Sequence record: NC_061421.1
Strand: one strand, 5' to 3'
DNA length: 64,000 bases
The notes under the pieces: model-generated
The model's database searches: none
What the model was told of the DNA's origin: nothing
The model's input: the letters and a program-made list of their open reading frames with translations, nothing else
Made by a program: the position numbers and the translations under genes
Part shown: positions 8,946-18,347 of the stretch, piece after piece
How the letters are laid out: each line of letters opens with the position of its first letter
Numbering within the stretch: the first letter of the stretch is position 1

Positions 8946-8963
8946 GGGATATAGATGTCAAAT
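8946..8963 (-). promoter_or_regulatory. Putative early promoter (variant)
   Basis: Minus strand ATTTGACATCTATATCCC; one mismatch in the core. Confidence 0.55.
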
Positions 8964-9506
8964 TTGTTTGATATCGAGTTCGGGGATAGGCATTTCACGA
9001 AAGATACATTCGTTCTCTACTACTGCCCCTAAACCACCTTCCGCATAAACAGCCTTTAACCCGCGTTTCTGATACCGGCGTTTACCGATGGGGGTTTCTG
9101 ACATGCTGTCATTAGTGAAGAGAAGAAATATTCTTTTCCCATCAAAGTCAGTGTAGAGAGAATAGTCCGTTTCGACCCCTTCCTCTTCACCATCCTCGGC
9201 AAAGCAGAAATCAACAACACCCATTGATATTAACCAGAAGAGGCGCTTGTACTCCCCCAGAAGTTTCGTGTCATCGAGGAGTATTTCCCCGGGTTGGTTG
9301 ATCCTCTCCACGATACTTGCATCGATCAGTTCTGCGTTAGGTTCTTCGGGATCGTACAGATCAGAAAGTATATCCCATGCCCCATCTCTTCCAACGCTGA
9401 CAAAAAGAAACTGATCATTGTCTTCATCGTACATCACCTTGAGACAGTCTTTCTCGATCAGACTTAAAGCGGTACGATACTTTTCTAATAAAGATTCGTT
9501 TTCCAT
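8958..9506 (-). CDS. Hypothetical acidic protein (182 aa)
   Basis: Co-oriented ORF abutting neighbour. Confidence 0.7.
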   Translation of the reverse strand: MENESLLEKYRTALSLIEKDCLKVMYDEDNDQFLFVSVGRDGAWDILSDLYDPEEPNAELIDASIVERINQPGEILLDDTKLLGEYKRLFWLISMGVVDFCFAEDGEEEGVETDYSLYTDFDGKRIFLLFTNDSMSETPIGKRRYQKRGLKAVYAEGGLGAVVENECIFREMPIPELDIKQI

Positions 9507-9938
9507 TTAATTCACCTCAATTTGCATAAAGTTTTGTCTTGCGTTTACGTAGATATCAAGTTGGACATCATCCCGAGTACAGTAGTCAAAGAAATCAAAC
9601 TTTGACCCGAAGAAACGATACAAACTGGCCCAACCTCCGTAATTGTCAATATGCTGAGAAAATTGTTCAAAGACGGCAAAAACTCTATCCGGGTCATCAT
9701 TGGATTCTGTATCCTCCGCGCTGTCTATACAGCAAGGATCAATATACATCTGATACGCTTGCTCCGCAAAAGAATGATGAAGAATATCCCCGGCGTGTTT
9801 AGAGTCCGCATTTTCAGACGTACAAACCACCGCCCAGAAAAGTGCCGTCATGACATTTTCTCTGTCCTCTGTACGTTCAATTCTCCGCAGCCCGATTGCC
9901 AGTCTTTCCGGAATTTCAACTATGAAGGTCTTCTCCAA
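9507..9938 (-). CDS. Hypothetical protein (143 aa)
   Basis: TTG start, packed ORF. Confidence 0.65.
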   Translation of the reverse strand: MEKTFIVEIPERLAIGLRRIERTEDRENVMTALFWAVVCTSENADSKHAGDILHHSFAEQAYQMYIDPCCIDSAEDTESNDDPDRVFAVFEQFSQHIDNYGGWASLYRFFGSKFDFFDYCTRDDVQLDIYVNARQNFMQIEVN

Positions 9939-11055
9939 TTTCTTTTACCCTCAGTACAAAATAGAAATGACCTTCCGTTGCGAGATTATGCGGATTGCCC
10001 TCTATAGTACAACCGTTCCATATCTGGAGGTCGTAATTACTTTCTTTCTCGATGATTTCCACTGGCTTTCCGTAATCAGAGAAAAAGTTAAACAAATTCT
10101 CTTTTACGTAAATCAGGAGTTTATCGCCGTCAAGGTCAACCCCCGGTTTCTTCAATTTTAGCTTAAGGATAAAGTCATTTTTATCCAATTCAAGAACCGC
10201 GTTGGCAACAAAATCTTGACCCTGCGTTAGATCAATTGTTGATTTTCCTTTCAACTCCTTGACAGTGATATTTTTCAGCACTGTCTCAGAAATGTAATCG
10301 GAAATTTTACGAGAGAAGAAACCGATGCTGTCAATATACTCTTTTTCTAGCTGTGTTTTCATTTCCTCGCTGAATGACAGGAGTTGTTTATAAACATCCG
10401 CTGGCGTTCCTTTTACCGAGAATTTATTTACATACGCCCCGGCAGAACAAAGAACGATTTCATCGATTCTTTTTTCCCTGTCGCGGAAAATGTCCCACGG
10501 AGAATAAAGAATAGTAAAACTCCGGTCCTCGCTGAGTTTTTCACTAAGCCACATCATCCAACCGCGCAAAAGTGTTTTACGGTTATCAGTATGGGAACAA
10601 TAACCGTATTGCGATCTGCTACTCGATGAAAAACCGTACATCTTGGTTTTAGCTTCCGTCAGGCACCTGACCTCATCATCCCAGTCGTCAATTTCAACCG
10701 CCGGTGCAATACGGTAAATTCCCATAAAGTCACGATGAAGAAAAACAGAAACAGAGTTGAGCGAACTACTTACACGCGCGATAACTGTATTTTCTCCCCT
10801 GACCAACATACTTTCCTTTCTTGATAACTCCCCCTGAAGATTTTTAAGGGTCTCGTCACCAGGTAGTAAAGATTGGATGAGATCTTTCTCTACTTCTTTT
10901 TTGGTCTTCAGCCAATATTCATCCGGATTTTCAATTTCAGCGGCGGGCCGTGAGGGGCCCTTTTCCTTTTTACCATGGTTGAAACCTTTATAAACACAGA
11001 AGAGAAGGATAGCGGTAAAAATACAGAACATGGAAATACCAAATGTATCGATCAT
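9916..11055 (-). CDS. Membrane-anchored hypothetical protein (379 aa)
   Basis: N-terminal hydrophobic helix followed by basic residues. Confidence 0.75.
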   Translation of the reverse strand: MIDTFGISMFCIFTAILLFCVYKGFNHGKKEKGPSRPAAEIENPDEYWLKTKKEVEKDLIQSLLPGDETLKNLQGELSRKESMLVRGENTVIARVSSSLNSVSVFLHRDFMGIYRIAPAVEIDDWDDEVRCLTEAKTKMYGFSSSSRSQYGYCSHTDNRKTLLRGWMMWLSEKLSEDRSFTILYSPWDIFRDREKRIDEIVLCSAGAYVNKFSVKGTPADVYKQLLSFSEEMKTQLEKEYIDSIGFFSRKISDYISETVLKNITVKELKGKSTIDLTQGQDFVANAVLELDKNDFILKLKLKKPGVDLDGDKLLIYVKENLFNFFSDYGKPVEIIEKESNYDLQIWNGCTIEGNPHNLATEGHFYFVLRVKEIGEDLHS

Positions 11056-11255
11056 TTTTTATTTTCCTTTGAGAATTCAACAAATTCTCCGGCAAATTGA
11101 ACCAGTTCAGCGCCATTAGGTTGCGTATCGGTATTCAGCATACCTGCAGCCACCAAGACGTCGTAAAGCGCTTCTGCTAACAGTTTGCGTTGATGGAAAA
11201 CTTCGTTCGGATCGGTATCAGGAAGATAGACTTTAGACATGTTTAATTTCTCCAT
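11052..11255 (-). CDS. Hypothetical protein (67 aa)
   Basis: 4-nt overlap with next gene. Confidence 0.65.
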   Translation of the reverse strand: MEKLNMSKVYLPDTDPNEVFHQRKLLAEALYDVLVAAGMLNTDTQPNGAELVQFAGEFVEFSKENKK

Positions 11256-11260
11256 TAGAG

Positions 11261-11665
11261 TTAGTGTTTGTTATTTACCACTACGGACGCCTTCTCAGGG
11301 TTGGAATCGTGCGCCACGATAATCTCCCCGATATCTTCACGGAAGACGTATTTCAATGTTGTCGATAACGCGTCATTGTGAATGATATCGATTACACCAC
11401 TTTTCTCGTTCTGAGTTTGAATGGTTAAGTCAATACTTTCCCATTCAACGATATCCAACTCACGGTTAGACGACATAAACCAAATGTTATCACCTACGCC
11501 GTCCTTTGTATCCGTGAAAACGGCCAAGTAACGTTCATTAGGGATAAGGTGAGTAAAGCGATCACTGGCAATCCAGAAAGGGATGAGCACATTACCAAAT
11601 CTCAACACGAGATTGGCTTGCTCGCCTTTGTCATTAACGGGAACTTCATCATTCTCTAGAATCAT
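11261..11665 (-). CDS. Hypothetical protein (134 aa)
   Basis: GGAGGGGAG RBS. Confidence 0.7.
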   Translation of the reverse strand: MILENDEVPVNDKGEQANLVLRFGNVLIPFWIASDRFTHLIPNERYLAVFTDTKDGVGDNIWFMSSNRELDIVEWESIDLTIQTQNEKSGVIDIIHNDALSTTLKYVFREDIGEIIVAHDSNPEKASVVVNNKH

Positions 11666-11666
11666 A

Positions 11667-12602
11667 CTACTCCCCTCCGAAAGATTGCTGAATAGCTGTA
11701 CGTATATCGATAATTGGGAGAGGAATAATTGTATCCCAATCCAGCGCCGGGCGGGCAGCGATAAATGCGTTGCGGCGTCTCTGTAGTTCTTCCTTTAACA
11801 GGTCATCATCTTTAAAATAATACCCTTTCTCCAGAAGATCAAAGATTTCTATTTCGCCTACGCCGAATTCATCGACTAATTTCCAGTAAACCTCAAAGCC
11901 ATCATCGGTCAACCAACCCGGTGCTGTTCCGCCATGTTCTTCCCAGCCCAGTTCCCCTAATTGATAAGCCGTCCAATAATAGACAGGGTCAGGGACAATT
12001 TTATTTTTATTATTGAATCGTTCCCTGTAAGTCTCGTAAGAGGAACACCCTGGTTTTTCCATCCATTTCCGTAACGCGATATGAGTCATGTACTTTAACA
12101 TGAAGTAACGGATACGCGCAGAGGCGTCGATGCGGGAAAGTGAATCTGGATTTACAACTTCCTGCGCTACCGGGACGTAGGGATCAGCATCTTCAATTTG
12201 AATAAAGAGATGCGATTTCTCCAAAAACAACACTGTCAATCGACCAAGGTTGGTAAGTTTACCTTCTTTAGTAAGAATCTTTTGCTCCACTGCACGGTCA
12301 ATGAAAAATTCGATACCGCCAGCGAAACCGAAAAAGTCCGCAAAAGGAGAAAGGCCGGATACGGCCTTTATTTGCGCTAACCAGAAAACTTGTGTGTCGT
12401 GCGGCGTACCGCAGCCACAAAATCCAAGGGTATCGTAAAGAAAGAATTGTTCGGCGTCAGAAAAAACAGTCTTTACTCCGTTTAGAAGGATTGAGGTATC
12501 GCCGCGCCAGCTCTCCAATATTTCCATTGTAGGTTCGTCCAATAAAGGTATAATCGGATTTTGTTCTCTCATGCTACCGTATTTTATTTCAATAGTTTCC
12601 AT
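11667..12602 (-). CDS. Hypothetical protein with FCGCG and EHGG..WLT..G motifs
   Basis: 311-aa ORF with RBS; apparent internal duplication. Confidence 0.7.
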   Translation of the reverse strand: METIEIKYGSMREQNPIIPLLDEPTMEILESWRGDTSILLNGVKTVFSDAEQFFLYDTLGFCGCGTPHDTQVFWLAQIKAVSGLSPFADFFGFAGGIEFFIDRAVEQKILTKEGKLTNLGRLTVLFLEKSHLFIQIEDADPYVPVAQEVVNPDSLSRIDASARIRYFMLKYMTHIALRKWMEKPGCSSYETYRERFNNKNKIVPDPVYYWTAYQLGELGWEEHGGTAPGWLTDDGFEVYWKLVDEFGVGEIEIFDLLEKGYYFKDDDLLKEELQRRRNAFIAARPALDWDTIIPLPIIDIRTAIQQSFGGE

Positions 12603-12612
12603 GTTAGTTTCC

Positions 12613-12960
12613 TCAATGTAAATACTGTTGATTTGGTGGGGTAAAGTAAATGGTTACGGGGGGATCGTTATTAAAGATAACGTCTAGGTCCGCACTCGTG
12701 TCTGTATTTGAAACAACTTTAACCCAAGTAAATGTATAAGTTTCGTGCTTATTTAACGCGTTGAGAATGGAGGCCATTTCTGACTTTCCAATATTATCAA
12801 GGCAATAAAGAGGGTTGTAGATAATGTTAGTTTCCGTTTCTTTCCGTGGGTACATTAAGAGATATACTTTGCCCACTTCCATTCCAGCTGGGCCCTCTTT
12901 TACAGATGAGAAACGATAAACAAGATCTCTTCCGTGTAAACTGAAAATACTCTGATTCAC
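12613..12960 (-). CDS. Hypothetical protein (115 aa)
   Basis: GTG start with GAAGG RBS after terminator. Confidence 0.65.
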   Translation of the reverse strand: MNQSIFSLHGRDLVYRFSSVKEGPAGMEVGKVYLLMYPRKETETNIIYNPLYCLDNIGKSEMASILNALNKHETYTFTWVKVVSNTDTSADLDVIFNNDPPVTIYFTPPNQQYLH

Positions 12961-13000
12961 GTGCTCACCTTCCGTTTCAGATTAAGCGAATAGAAAATAA

Positions 13001-13028
13001 AAAAGGAGAGGCGAAAGCCTCTCCTTTT
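13001..13028. terminator. Intrinsic terminator hairpin
   Basis: AAAAGGAGAGGC-gaaa-GCCTCTCCTTTT. Confidence 0.85.
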
Positions 13029-13042
13029 ATTCAGCGATAGGG

Positions 13043-13555
13043 TCAATGAACAATCTTAATGAGAACTTCATTAATCGAACACAGAACCGAATCATCTTTA
13101 CGGTTATTGGCGTAAAAATACGCGTATTCATTCCCTTCGTCGTCAGGAAGTACCGTGAAGGAAATGTCAGCCGCAACCTCCAGCCCAGTATAGAACCAGC
13201 CCGTAGAAAGTTTCCCTGGGACCAAATCTACTCTTAAAGCCATAGGTATTAAACTGTCGTAACCACCTATCGCTTTAACTACAGTCACGCAATTTAGTCC
13301 GGGGACCAGGGTCTGGTTATTTCGATGTCGTTCAGAAATATCCCCTAAAGTATGAGAATGAGACTGATGTTGGAATAACGTATAAGTGGCAACGTCACAC
13401 GAGAAAGCCCCTTTATAGAGTTCATCGTTTTTTAACTCAACACCAGGCGGGAGCGGATAGATCTTCATCATAACCACACCTCCTGTATTAGAGAGCGAAC
13501 TGGTCTTCAGTAGCGACCTTATTTCTTCAACGGTCATTTCCTTTATTTCGGGCAT
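13043..13555 (-). CDS. Hypothetical protein (170 aa)
   Basis: AGAGAG RBS; ends before terminator. Confidence 0.7.
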   Translation of the reverse strand: MPEIKEMTVEEIRSLLKTSSLSNTGGVVMMKIYPLPPGVELKNDELYKGAFSCDVATYTLFQHQSHSHTLGDISERHRNNQTLVPGLNCVTVVKAIGGYDSLIPMALRVDLVPGKLSTGWFYTGLEVAADISFTVLPDDEGNEYAYFYANNRKDDSVLCSINEVLIKIVH

Positions 13556-13571
13556 TTGTTTCTCTCTGTTT

Positions 13572-14021
13572 TTAATTAGCAGGCGGCGGGTTGTTTTTCA
13601 GCCGATTTGCTTCCATTACCGGTAAATTAGCCTCAGTTGGGACGTAGATAACCTGATTCTTGGTTTGCTGTAAACTGTCTACCCAAAGGTAACGTAGATA
13701 CGCTTCGTTATTCTTCAGGCTGTCACCGATGATCTTGTTGGCCCGTGCTACGCCGCCAGCACGAATGACTTCTGCTTCGGCTAAGCTTTTAGCTGACTCT
13801 TTCTTAGCCTCCGCCTCCTGCACAGCTATTTGACGGTCTTGAGTGGCCTTCATCAGCGCGGCCTTACCTGCCATACCCTGCTGCCATACGTTGTAATACG
13901 GGCAGCCTGCCATGAGTAGTACAATAAAAGCCACAACTCCGATTGCTACCCATTTACCTACTTTCTTCAACAATGCTTTCAGTGTCTCATTGTCGGTGTC
14001 GGTGTTATTGTAATAGCGCAT
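13572..14021 (-). CDS. SPFH/prohibitin-like single-pass membrane protein (short form)
   Basis: TM helix, coiled-coil AEAEVIRAGG, and YLRYLW..VIYVPTEANLP motif. Confidence 0.7.
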   Translation of the reverse strand: MRYYNNTDTDNETLKALLKKVGKWVAIGVVAFIVLLMAGCPYYNVWQQGMAGKAALMKATQDRQIAVQEAEAKKESAKSLAEAEVIRAGGVARANKIIGDSLKNNEAYLRYLWVDSLQQTKNQVIYVPTEANLPVMEANRLKNNPPPAN

Positions 14022-14272
14022 TATTTTTCCTGTTTAGTTAAGGTTAGTGGTTCACGCGCCATAACTTCATTGACGGTTACTCTTAGACCGGACTGCGCAA
14101 GGATTGCAACCACCTCTTCGGCGCGTTCCGTGGATACGTCAGGTTCGCCGGCTATTTGATTGAGCGTTGTCTCAATGCAGTATTTATTCAGTAATTCTGA
14201 AATAAGTTTACCGATGGAGCTTTTACCCGTTCGTGCCGGGCCGATTATATTGATCGTAATTTCGTTTTTCAT
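14021..14272 (-). CDS. Small P-loop-containing protein (83 aa)
   Basis: IIGPARTGKS Walker A; too short for a complete kinase. Confidence 0.6.
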   Translation of the reverse strand: MKNEITINIIGPARTGKSSIGKLISELLNKYCIETTLNQIAGEPDVSTERAEEVVAILAQSGLRVTVNEVMAREPLTLTKQEK

Positions 14273-14299
14273 TTTGTTTTCCTGTTAGGTTAAACTAAA

Positions 14300-14989
14300 T
14301 CATTTATTGGTTTTGGTGATATACCATTTCCAAAGACCGTAGAACGCGTTCATCAAGAACACCGCCCATTGCGCAACCTGCGCCCATGAACCCGGTTGAT
14401 TAAGCGCCGGGATCACCCACAGATAAATCGTGACGCAGTTGATAATGATCCAGAGAATCCATTGCTCTGGCTGCTGCTTGATCATCATCCACATGGCGAT
14501 GAGCGATGCGACTAAGCAGAATGCGTCTAAGGCAGGAAACGGATCCTGCGTCGTTTTCAGGTATTCGGTCAGGCCATACCAGAAGATAACCCCAACAACC
14601 AGATATGTTATCACGTCACGTAAAGTGATCGTTTTAACCGCTACGTCAGCTTTGGCTGGAGTTTTGCCCAGGTCTTTCGTCCAGTAATAAATACCGATAA
14701 ACTGCATGGGAAGGTAAATAGCGTTCAACGCCGCATTCGCGTAGAGTCCGGTATTGTACGAAACAATACCGTAGGTAATTACACCAACGGTTCCCCAGTA
14801 GTAATTGGAGACACGACCTTTCGCTACCAGAATAACGCAGATCACGTTAGTCAGCGCCGCCGTAAATTCAAGTGGGCTGGCGCTCCAGCTACCAGCGCCC
14901 ACTAAGATCAACGCAATGATCAGCCAAAGGTATTCGACTTTCTTCCAGTGCGCAAAGTCAGTGAACGTTTTCAATACAAGTGTATTCAT
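14300..14989 (-). CDS. pnuC: Nicotinamide riboside transporter PnuC
   Basis: About 7 TM segments; V.LVAKG..SNY.WG, YLPMQFIGIYYW, PALDAF...S.IAM, EQWILWI..N motifs. Confidence 0.93.
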   Translation of the reverse strand: MNTLVLKTFTDFAHWKKVEYLWLIIALILVGAGSWSASPLEFTAALTNVICVILVAKGRVSNYYWGTVGVITYGIVSYNTGLYANAALNAIYLPMQFIGIYYWTKDLGKTPAKADVAVKTITLRDVITYLVVGVIFWYGLTEYLKTTQDPFPALDAFCLVASLIAMWMMIKQQPEQWILWIIINCVTIYLWVIPALNQPGSWAQVAQWAVFLMNAFYGLWKWYITKTNK

Positions 14990-15138
14990 TTTGTGCTCGC
15001 TCGTTGATAGTTGAGAAAAATGGAAATATAACCTGCGCTATGAATATTGAGGTTATCGCCGAACATAGCGCGATAAAGGGGATAACTGTCTCCCAGTATC
15101 CTCTTTATTTTACGTTGCGTACGACGTTGATGGGTCAT
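14986..15138 (-). CDS. Small basic protein (50 aa) between nadR and pnuC
   Basis: GAGGAG RBS before MTHQRR; stop overlaps pnuC ATG (ATGA). Confidence 0.6.
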   Translation of the reverse strand: MTHQRRTQRKIKRILGDSYPLYRAMFGDNLNIHSAGYISIFLNYQRASTK

Positions 15139-15151
15139 GTATCTATTCTCC

Positions 15152-16366
15152 TCAATCAGAAGACTTATGGTGACAGCGATCTTCGACACTATCTACCATC
15201 GCCTGAATCAAAGTAGTAATCGATCCGTCAGAAGGCGCGGTTTGGAACTTACCGGGCTCATCTTTCCGTACTGCGTCCCACCCCAGGAACCCTTCGTTAA
15301 ATGCCAGTAATTGATCTACGGCCGCACGGGCTTGATCTAAACGGCCTTTGTACGAGTCGCCAGTAATAAATACCGTACGCCCCCGAGGAGTTTGGTTTTT
15401 AAACTCCAGGAGCATTTGTTGGAATAACCCGTCAGTTTTCTCTCGATCCGGATTTAAACGCAAGCCGTCATCGACCCACGGGACTTCAGGAGACAGTATC
15501 AGAACGAGGTCGTAGTGTTCTTCGGCTGCGATGGCGGAGACGATAGGGTTAGGTTTACCTTCGTACAGACGATGGTAATACTCCGTGACGAAAGCGTTAG
15601 TATCGACGAAACAAAGTCGATTAGAGGTTCGTAACGCTTCCTCCTCCAACTCTTTGTGACGATACGCAATCAACGGGTAGTCAGAACTACGCAGTGTTAA
15701 CTCAGAGCCCGCTAAGACGGTTTCACAGTACGTACGGCCGTACTCTTCTACCCAGCTGGTGTTGTAGAGTTTAGCGAGGTTCTTGACGAGATTTGATTTA
15801 CCCGCGCTCTCGACACCCATGACGACAACCCGCAGACAATAGTCCTTACGGACAATACTGGGGAGATATTCCCAGTTGGCGTAAAGGTTATCACGTACTT
15901 TAGTGGCCGAGATAGGAACACGAGTACGTTCACTGTCAACGATGACGTGCTCAACAAAACCGAGGTGAGTTTTGTATTTCTCATCGTAATCCAGTTCGCT
16001 ACTGAAGATTGCGATAGATTGAGCTTGGCTGTGTTTAGCAGCCAGTTTCCCGGCCTCGCTGAAAATCTTTGCCCCTAATAAAGCGGCGTATTCCTGCCAG
16101 CCGTTAGGATATTCCGGCACCGAAGCTTCGTCGATGAAATCGATCGTAACGTGTTCGGTATCGGCGTAGGTTTGTTGCAACCAGCGCAGACGGTTTTTGA
16201 AGTTCAACACCTGCTGATCGCGGGGAGATTGTTTGTCCAACCAACGTTGGTCGTGAGATAATACCACGAGGACGTGTTTCGATTGGACAGCAGCTTCTGT
16301 AATTAGGTTGATGTGCCCCAAAGTCAGGGGTGCAAACTTACCGATGACGACGCCTAAATCAAACAT
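15152..16366 (-). CDS. nadR: NadR-type NMN adenylyltransferase / ribosylnicotinamide kinase without HTH
   Basis: GKFAPLTLGH (HIGH-like), ISATKVR, Walker A GVESAGKS, EYGR, FVDTNA, PWVDDGLR. Confidence 0.93.
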   Translation of the reverse strand: MFDLGVVIGKFAPLTLGHINLITEAAVQSKHVLVVLSHDQRWLDKQSPRDQQVLNFKNRLRWLQQTYADTEHVTIDFIDEASVPEYPNGWQEYAALLGAKIFSEAGKLAAKHSQAQSIAIFSSELDYDEKYKTHLGFVEHVIVDSERTRVPISATKVRDNLYANWEYLPSIVRKDYCLRVVVMGVESAGKSNLVKNLAKLYNTSWVEEYGRTYCETVLAGSELTLRSSDYPLIAYRHKELEEEALRTSNRLCFVDTNAFVTEYYHRLYEGKPNPIVSAIAAEEHYDLVLILSPEVPWVDDGLRLNPDREKTDGLFQQMLLEFKNQTPRGRTVFITGDSYKGRLDQARAAVDQLLAFNEGFLGWDAVRKDEPGKFQTAPSDGSITTLIQAMVDSVEDRCHHKSSD

Positions 16367-16385
16367 TGACTTTCACCTCTTAAAC

Positions 16386-16697
16386 TCAAGCGAAATGATG
16401 ATACAAACGATGTAAGTGGTAACCTTTGTAGTTCATCGCGGTGAAGCCTTGTTCGTTCTTTACCACGACTTTGGCTGCGTAATCCTCCATCAAAAGGAAA
16501 TCGCGCCCTGACTTAGAAAGAATATCTCCATCATAAACCGGACCATCAACAATCAACTGATTCATGGTGCCGATGACATGCCCGACATCTTTGCGTTCGA
16601 GTAACATCGTCACGGTTTTCTCTAACTCGGCCGCGTACGCCAGATCGCTTTCTTCTTCGTTATCAAGATTGCAGATTTCGATAATGGTGTTCAACAT
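16386..16697 (-). CDS. Hypothetical protein (103 aa)
   Basis: GAGG RBS; GPVYDGDILSK motif. Confidence 0.7.
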   Translation of the reverse strand: MLNTIIEICNLDNEEESDLAYAAELEKTVTMLLERKDVGHVIGTMNQLIVDGPVYDGDILSKSGRDFLLMEDYAAKVVVKNEQGFTAMNYKGYHLHRLYHHFA

Positions 16698-16709
16698 TTT
16701 CTTTTCCTC

Positions 16710-17105
16710 TTATTCTTCAGTCCAGGGATGAATTTCCCAGTTACGTACTTTATACTTACGATTCTCAAATTGTCGGCTACGAATGTAAACATCGACCTTG
16801 AGGCTGGTTGCGGTTGGCACTAAAAATATAACGAGATGCGCAGGTTCATTTTGATAAACTTCCGCAATTGAAACAAACGCAGAGAAAGGGAGCGATTGCT
16901 TTTCTGCACGCCGGAAGTTATCGTACAGTAGTCGCACTGCGCGGCGAGCGAACAGTTGATCATGGTACCAGCTATGCCGAATACTTTTCCTTCCTGTCTT
17001 TAATTTCAAAAAGAACAGGCGTTTTTCCGCCCAAGGTAAAAGATAACCTACTCCCGTGAGTGCACCTGACCAGAACACCCACGATAGCGTTTTAAATAAA
17101 CCCAT
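16710..17105 (-). CDS. Membrane-anchored hypothetical protein
   Basis: N-terminal hydrophobic segment; GGAG RBS. Confidence 0.7.
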   Translation of the reverse strand: MGLFKTLSWVFWSGALTGVGYLLPWAEKRLFFLKLKTGRKSIRHSWYHDQLFARRAVRLLYDNFRRAEKQSLPFSAFVSIAEVYQNEPAHLVIFLVPTATSLKVDVYIRSRQFENRKYKVRNWEIHPWTEE

Positions 17106-17113
17106 AATTCTCC

Positions 17114-17347
17114 TTAATTAACGGGCGGTTTCTTGAAAGGATTATAGATATTCAGATACCAGATTAACCCCACGAAGATACCGATACAGATAAAAGGCCA
17201 TGCGATACCGATCGTCAGCACCTTCCACATTTTCATCCGTAAAACTACCCGACGATATTTTGGATTAACAATAGGTTTCCAAACGATCATCAGGAAAACC
17301 GCCAACCAAATAGCGCCGCCAGAAAAAGCGAGTATTGCGAGGTCCAT
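17114..17347 (-). CDS. Two-TM small membrane protein
   Basis: Two hydrophobic helices; GGAGGAG RBS. Confidence 0.75.
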   Translation of the reverse strand: MDLAILAFSGGAIWLAVFLMIVWKPIVNPKYRRVVLRMKMWKVLTIGIAWPFICIGIFVGLIWYLNIYNPFKKPPVN

Positions 17348-17356
17348 TTTCTCCTC

Positions 17357-17917
17357 CTAAAATGTATTGTTATTTGACGTCCAGTTTTTGTCTTCTGGGA
17401 ATTCAACGCCAACAAAAACTTCACTGACTAATGCTGGGATTATTTTAATTAAATCTTTTTCAATATTTTCCCAATGGGCGCAGTGTATAGCATGAAGTTT
17501 TTTGTAAGCAAGGCCACCCGAATTTGTCTTGATAATATTCAGTTCTTCTACTAAATCCCTGATCGGACAAATGTCGAACCATCCCTTTTTCGCACAGCGG
17601 TCAAACTCAAGTATTTCTTTTCGCGCTATGGTCCTTCTAAAGATATCGTCGCCTGGATCTGGCCAAGAAATGGCGCGGGTAATGGGGTGAAGATCGCGGA
17701 AAGTATCGATTGTTTTAAGGAAGAGTTCCTGGGATTTGTTCTTCCTGTTATTGACCCCTTGAAATGCGTTAATCGGTTTTTCGTCGTATTGAAGTAATGC
17801 GACTTGGTTGACCGGTTCTGTTTGTTCAGTCACCGGGCGAGAATTTACCGGGGGCGCAAGAAACAACTCCTTATCTTTTCCCGTTGCGATAACCACACCA
17901 AAAATTTTAATTAGCAT
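17357..17917 (-). CDS. Hypothetical protein with FDIC..LHAIHC motif
   Basis: 186-aa packed ORF. Confidence 0.7.
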   Translation of the reverse strand: MLIKIFGVVIATGKDKELFLAPPVNSRPVTEQTEPVNQVALLQYDEKPINAFQGVNNRKNKSQELFLKTIDTFRDLHPITRAISWPDPGDDIFRRTIARKEILEFDRCAKKGWFDICPIRDLVEELNIIKTNSGGLAYKKLHAIHCAHWENIEKDLIKIIPALVSEVFVGVEFPEDKNWTSNNNTF

Positions 17918-18178
17918 TTATAACCCCTTTACTGAGAATTGCTTTAAACCATGACGATAATGAACCCGACTCTTAAGTCTACCACCCAAATCAACACATC
18001 GACGAAAACGTGCGTTTAACAGCGCCCTTCCGCAACGCCTCCCGCCAAAAAACTGAAATCCGGAATCAATCCCGTCAATATACTGTTTACCGATTTTAAT
18101 CAGAAACAAATGGTTTTTAGTAATCGAACTTCGTTTCAGTAAAGACCTTTGCTGCTTTAAACATTTCTTCAATGCCAT
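17918..18178 (-). CDS. Small very basic protein (86 aa)
   Basis: GGAGG RBS before MALKK at 18178; the ORF-track start at 18307 overlaps another gene. Confidence 0.6.
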   Translation of the reverse strand: MALKKCLKQQRSLLKRSSITKNHLFLIKIGKQYIDGIDSGFQFFGGRRCGRALLNARFRRCVDLGGRLKSRVHYRHGLKQFSVKGL

Positions 18179-18188
18179 ATTTCCCTCC

Positions 18189-18314
18189 TTATTCCAAGGA
18201 ATTATAGAGCTTCTTACAGATTGCAAAGAATACCCTGAGAATAGCGCCGGAGATATACCACGCGCCGCCGTAACAAACAATGACAAAAATAAGAATTTTC
18301 CATTCAACGGGCAT
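18189..18314 (-). CDS. Single-TM micropeptide (41 aa)
   Basis: GGAGG RBS before MPVEWKILIFV. Confidence 0.6.
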   Translation of the reverse strand: MPVEWKILIFVIVCYGGAWYISGAILRVFFAICKKLYNSLE

Positions 18315-18347
18315 ATTACACCTCCGGTATTTAAGAAATAAAATAAA

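Noticed and set aside
14021-14272. Full nucleotide kinase
   Set aside because: It has only a Walker A strand-helix within 83 aa, with no lid or Walker B, so it is kept as an unknown P-loop micro-protein.
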